A stretch of 64,000 nucleotides of DNA from Chlorokybus atmophyticus (lineage: Eukaryota; Plantae; Mesostigma and Chlorokybus algae), in the NCBI GenBank assembly GCA_009103225.1, contig RHPI01001442.1:1-64000 (forward strand), given 5' to 3'. Shown one piece after another: positions 60,801 through 64,000 of the stretch. Numbering within the stretch: the stretch's first letter is position 1; each line of letters starts with the position of its first letter. A model generated the notes under the pieces. That model saw only the letters and a list, made by a program, of their open reading frames with translations, was not told the origin of the DNA and made no database searches. A program made the translations under genes and the position numbers.

Positions 60801-61260
60801 TGTCCTGCTGTAACGCTGCTCTGCGTCCATCCTACGTTGGCCTGACACTATTGCTGGTGCCGTCTACAGGTGATTGGGCATACACACATGCATGCATGAC
60901 TAGCGAGGCAGCCAAGGAATTGTAGTAAGTGAAGAAGTACATAACTTTAACCCGGTGGTGAAATGGTATTGTGACTGCCACTGACTGTTTGCATGCTTGG
61001 TATACGGCACAACATGCATGACTGATGCTTGTGACACTATGCATGCAATCCTACGAGCACATCATGTATTGTATATCATACACGCCTACACCAGTTCACA
61101 TTATTATGGCCTACACAAGCAGATGTCAGTTACTCAACTGACAGCGAACTAAGGTGGCAGATACCTCATCCCATCCCACACCTTGTCGTACAGGATATGC
61201 TGCCAGTAGTTGTAGACATGCATCACATCACTCATGCCAAACAGCATGCAAGCACACTGT
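57854..61260 (+). repeat. Cluster of degenerate copies of the dispersed intron-like repeat family with purine-rich tracts
   Basis: GCATGCATGACTAACGGG-like at 57870, 58371, 58781 and 60890. AGCCCGGTGGTGAAAT-like at 57925, 58449, 58838 and 60949. GA-rich tracts at ~58190-58270 and ~60695-60782. Confidence 0.7.
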
Positions 61261-62127
61261 AACACAACCACCAGGCTATACACACTGTTTGTTTAAACCT
61301 CACTACACTACACTAGTCTAGACCTCCCCGTTAGACATGCATTCATGCGTATGAGTAGTGCATTACCTGCCCACATGGGCTCTGTTAGTTGGCGTTGACA
61401 ATGGCAGCTACAGCAGCAAGGATGACGACTCCCTCCCGCCTGCTCTCCCTTCCCGCCACCAGCTCAGCTCTGCGCAGCAGCTGCCGCTGCATCGTCTCTT
61501 GTTACCCTAACCCTCGCAGTGCAGTGCCAATGTCAGCACTGCACCGCGCAGGGCCTCTACGTGGCATTTAGGCAGGTGGTCGGTGGGGTTGCTGTGCGCA
61601 ACACGCCCTGCTCGCTGCGCAGTATACAACAGAACGGCGAGGGGATGTACAAACAATGCGCAGCAGTATGTGTCAAGGTGGGGGGAACGGGAACGCCAGC
61701 ACCTACCGTGGTACATTGGTTGTGGCTGTGGGTGGAGTATACTGTAGTGATGTGACGATTACCAACAACAAAGAAATTAGCTTATTTTTCCCTGGGTAGA
61801 TAAAGAGGTCAGGTGTTATTGTGAGAGGCAGCTGACAGACTACCTCAACAGCATATGTCAGCATAGGTAGAGACCAAGGCAACCTTCAGGTTCATGCTAC
61901 GTCGAGCACGCCGCCAAGGGGTAATGAGAAGCAAAGTGTTCGATGCTTGCTTGGCACGCTGTGGAGAACACTACATGTCATCTTAGCCACCCCAGAAGAG
62001 CAGAACTGGTGATACGCAACTACGTAAAATGTATATCCACGACTAGCTAAGAGCTGTGTTGGCATTGCTGTCAGCAACAGAAGCCACACAGCTGGCATGT
62101 AAAGCTTGGTACGAGTGGGATGCGTCA

Positions 62128-64000
<1,873 letters not shown>

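Overview
Eukaryotic nuclear DNA with many short GT-AG introns, four assembly gaps and long microsatellites. It most likely comes from an early-diverging streptophyte green alga; this is inferred from the plant-type FES1, ATP synthase g subunit, PAM71, LETM1-like and TBL genes and from telo-boxes. Eleven host genes can be rebuilt across introns: S6 kinase, a GT29 sialyltransferase-like protein, PAM71, coproporphyrinogen III oxidase, a TBL/PC-esterase O-acetyltransferase, FES1/HspBP1, a LETM1-like protein, a NIMA/NEK kinase, mitochondrial ATP synthase g, RPS19 and a 5'-truncated FabG. Three pairs are head-to-head. The accessory DNA holds a decayed CACTA/EnSpm element ending in a tRNA-like Pol III cassette (1-5.6 kb) and a transposon island at about 42-54.8 kb. 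That island contains a pseudogenised BED-hAT with an 82-bp palindrome and an apparently intact, multi-exon Crypton tyrosine-recombinase gene. The strongest lead is the Crypton: an in-frame upstream exon encodes a mitochondrial presequence-like leader, and a downstream ATG would give a leaderless, NLS-bearing form. A second lead is a dispersed degenerate repeat family whose conserved parts match an intron cassette (donor, branch point, acceptor). All calls come from reading motifs by eye; no database searches were run.
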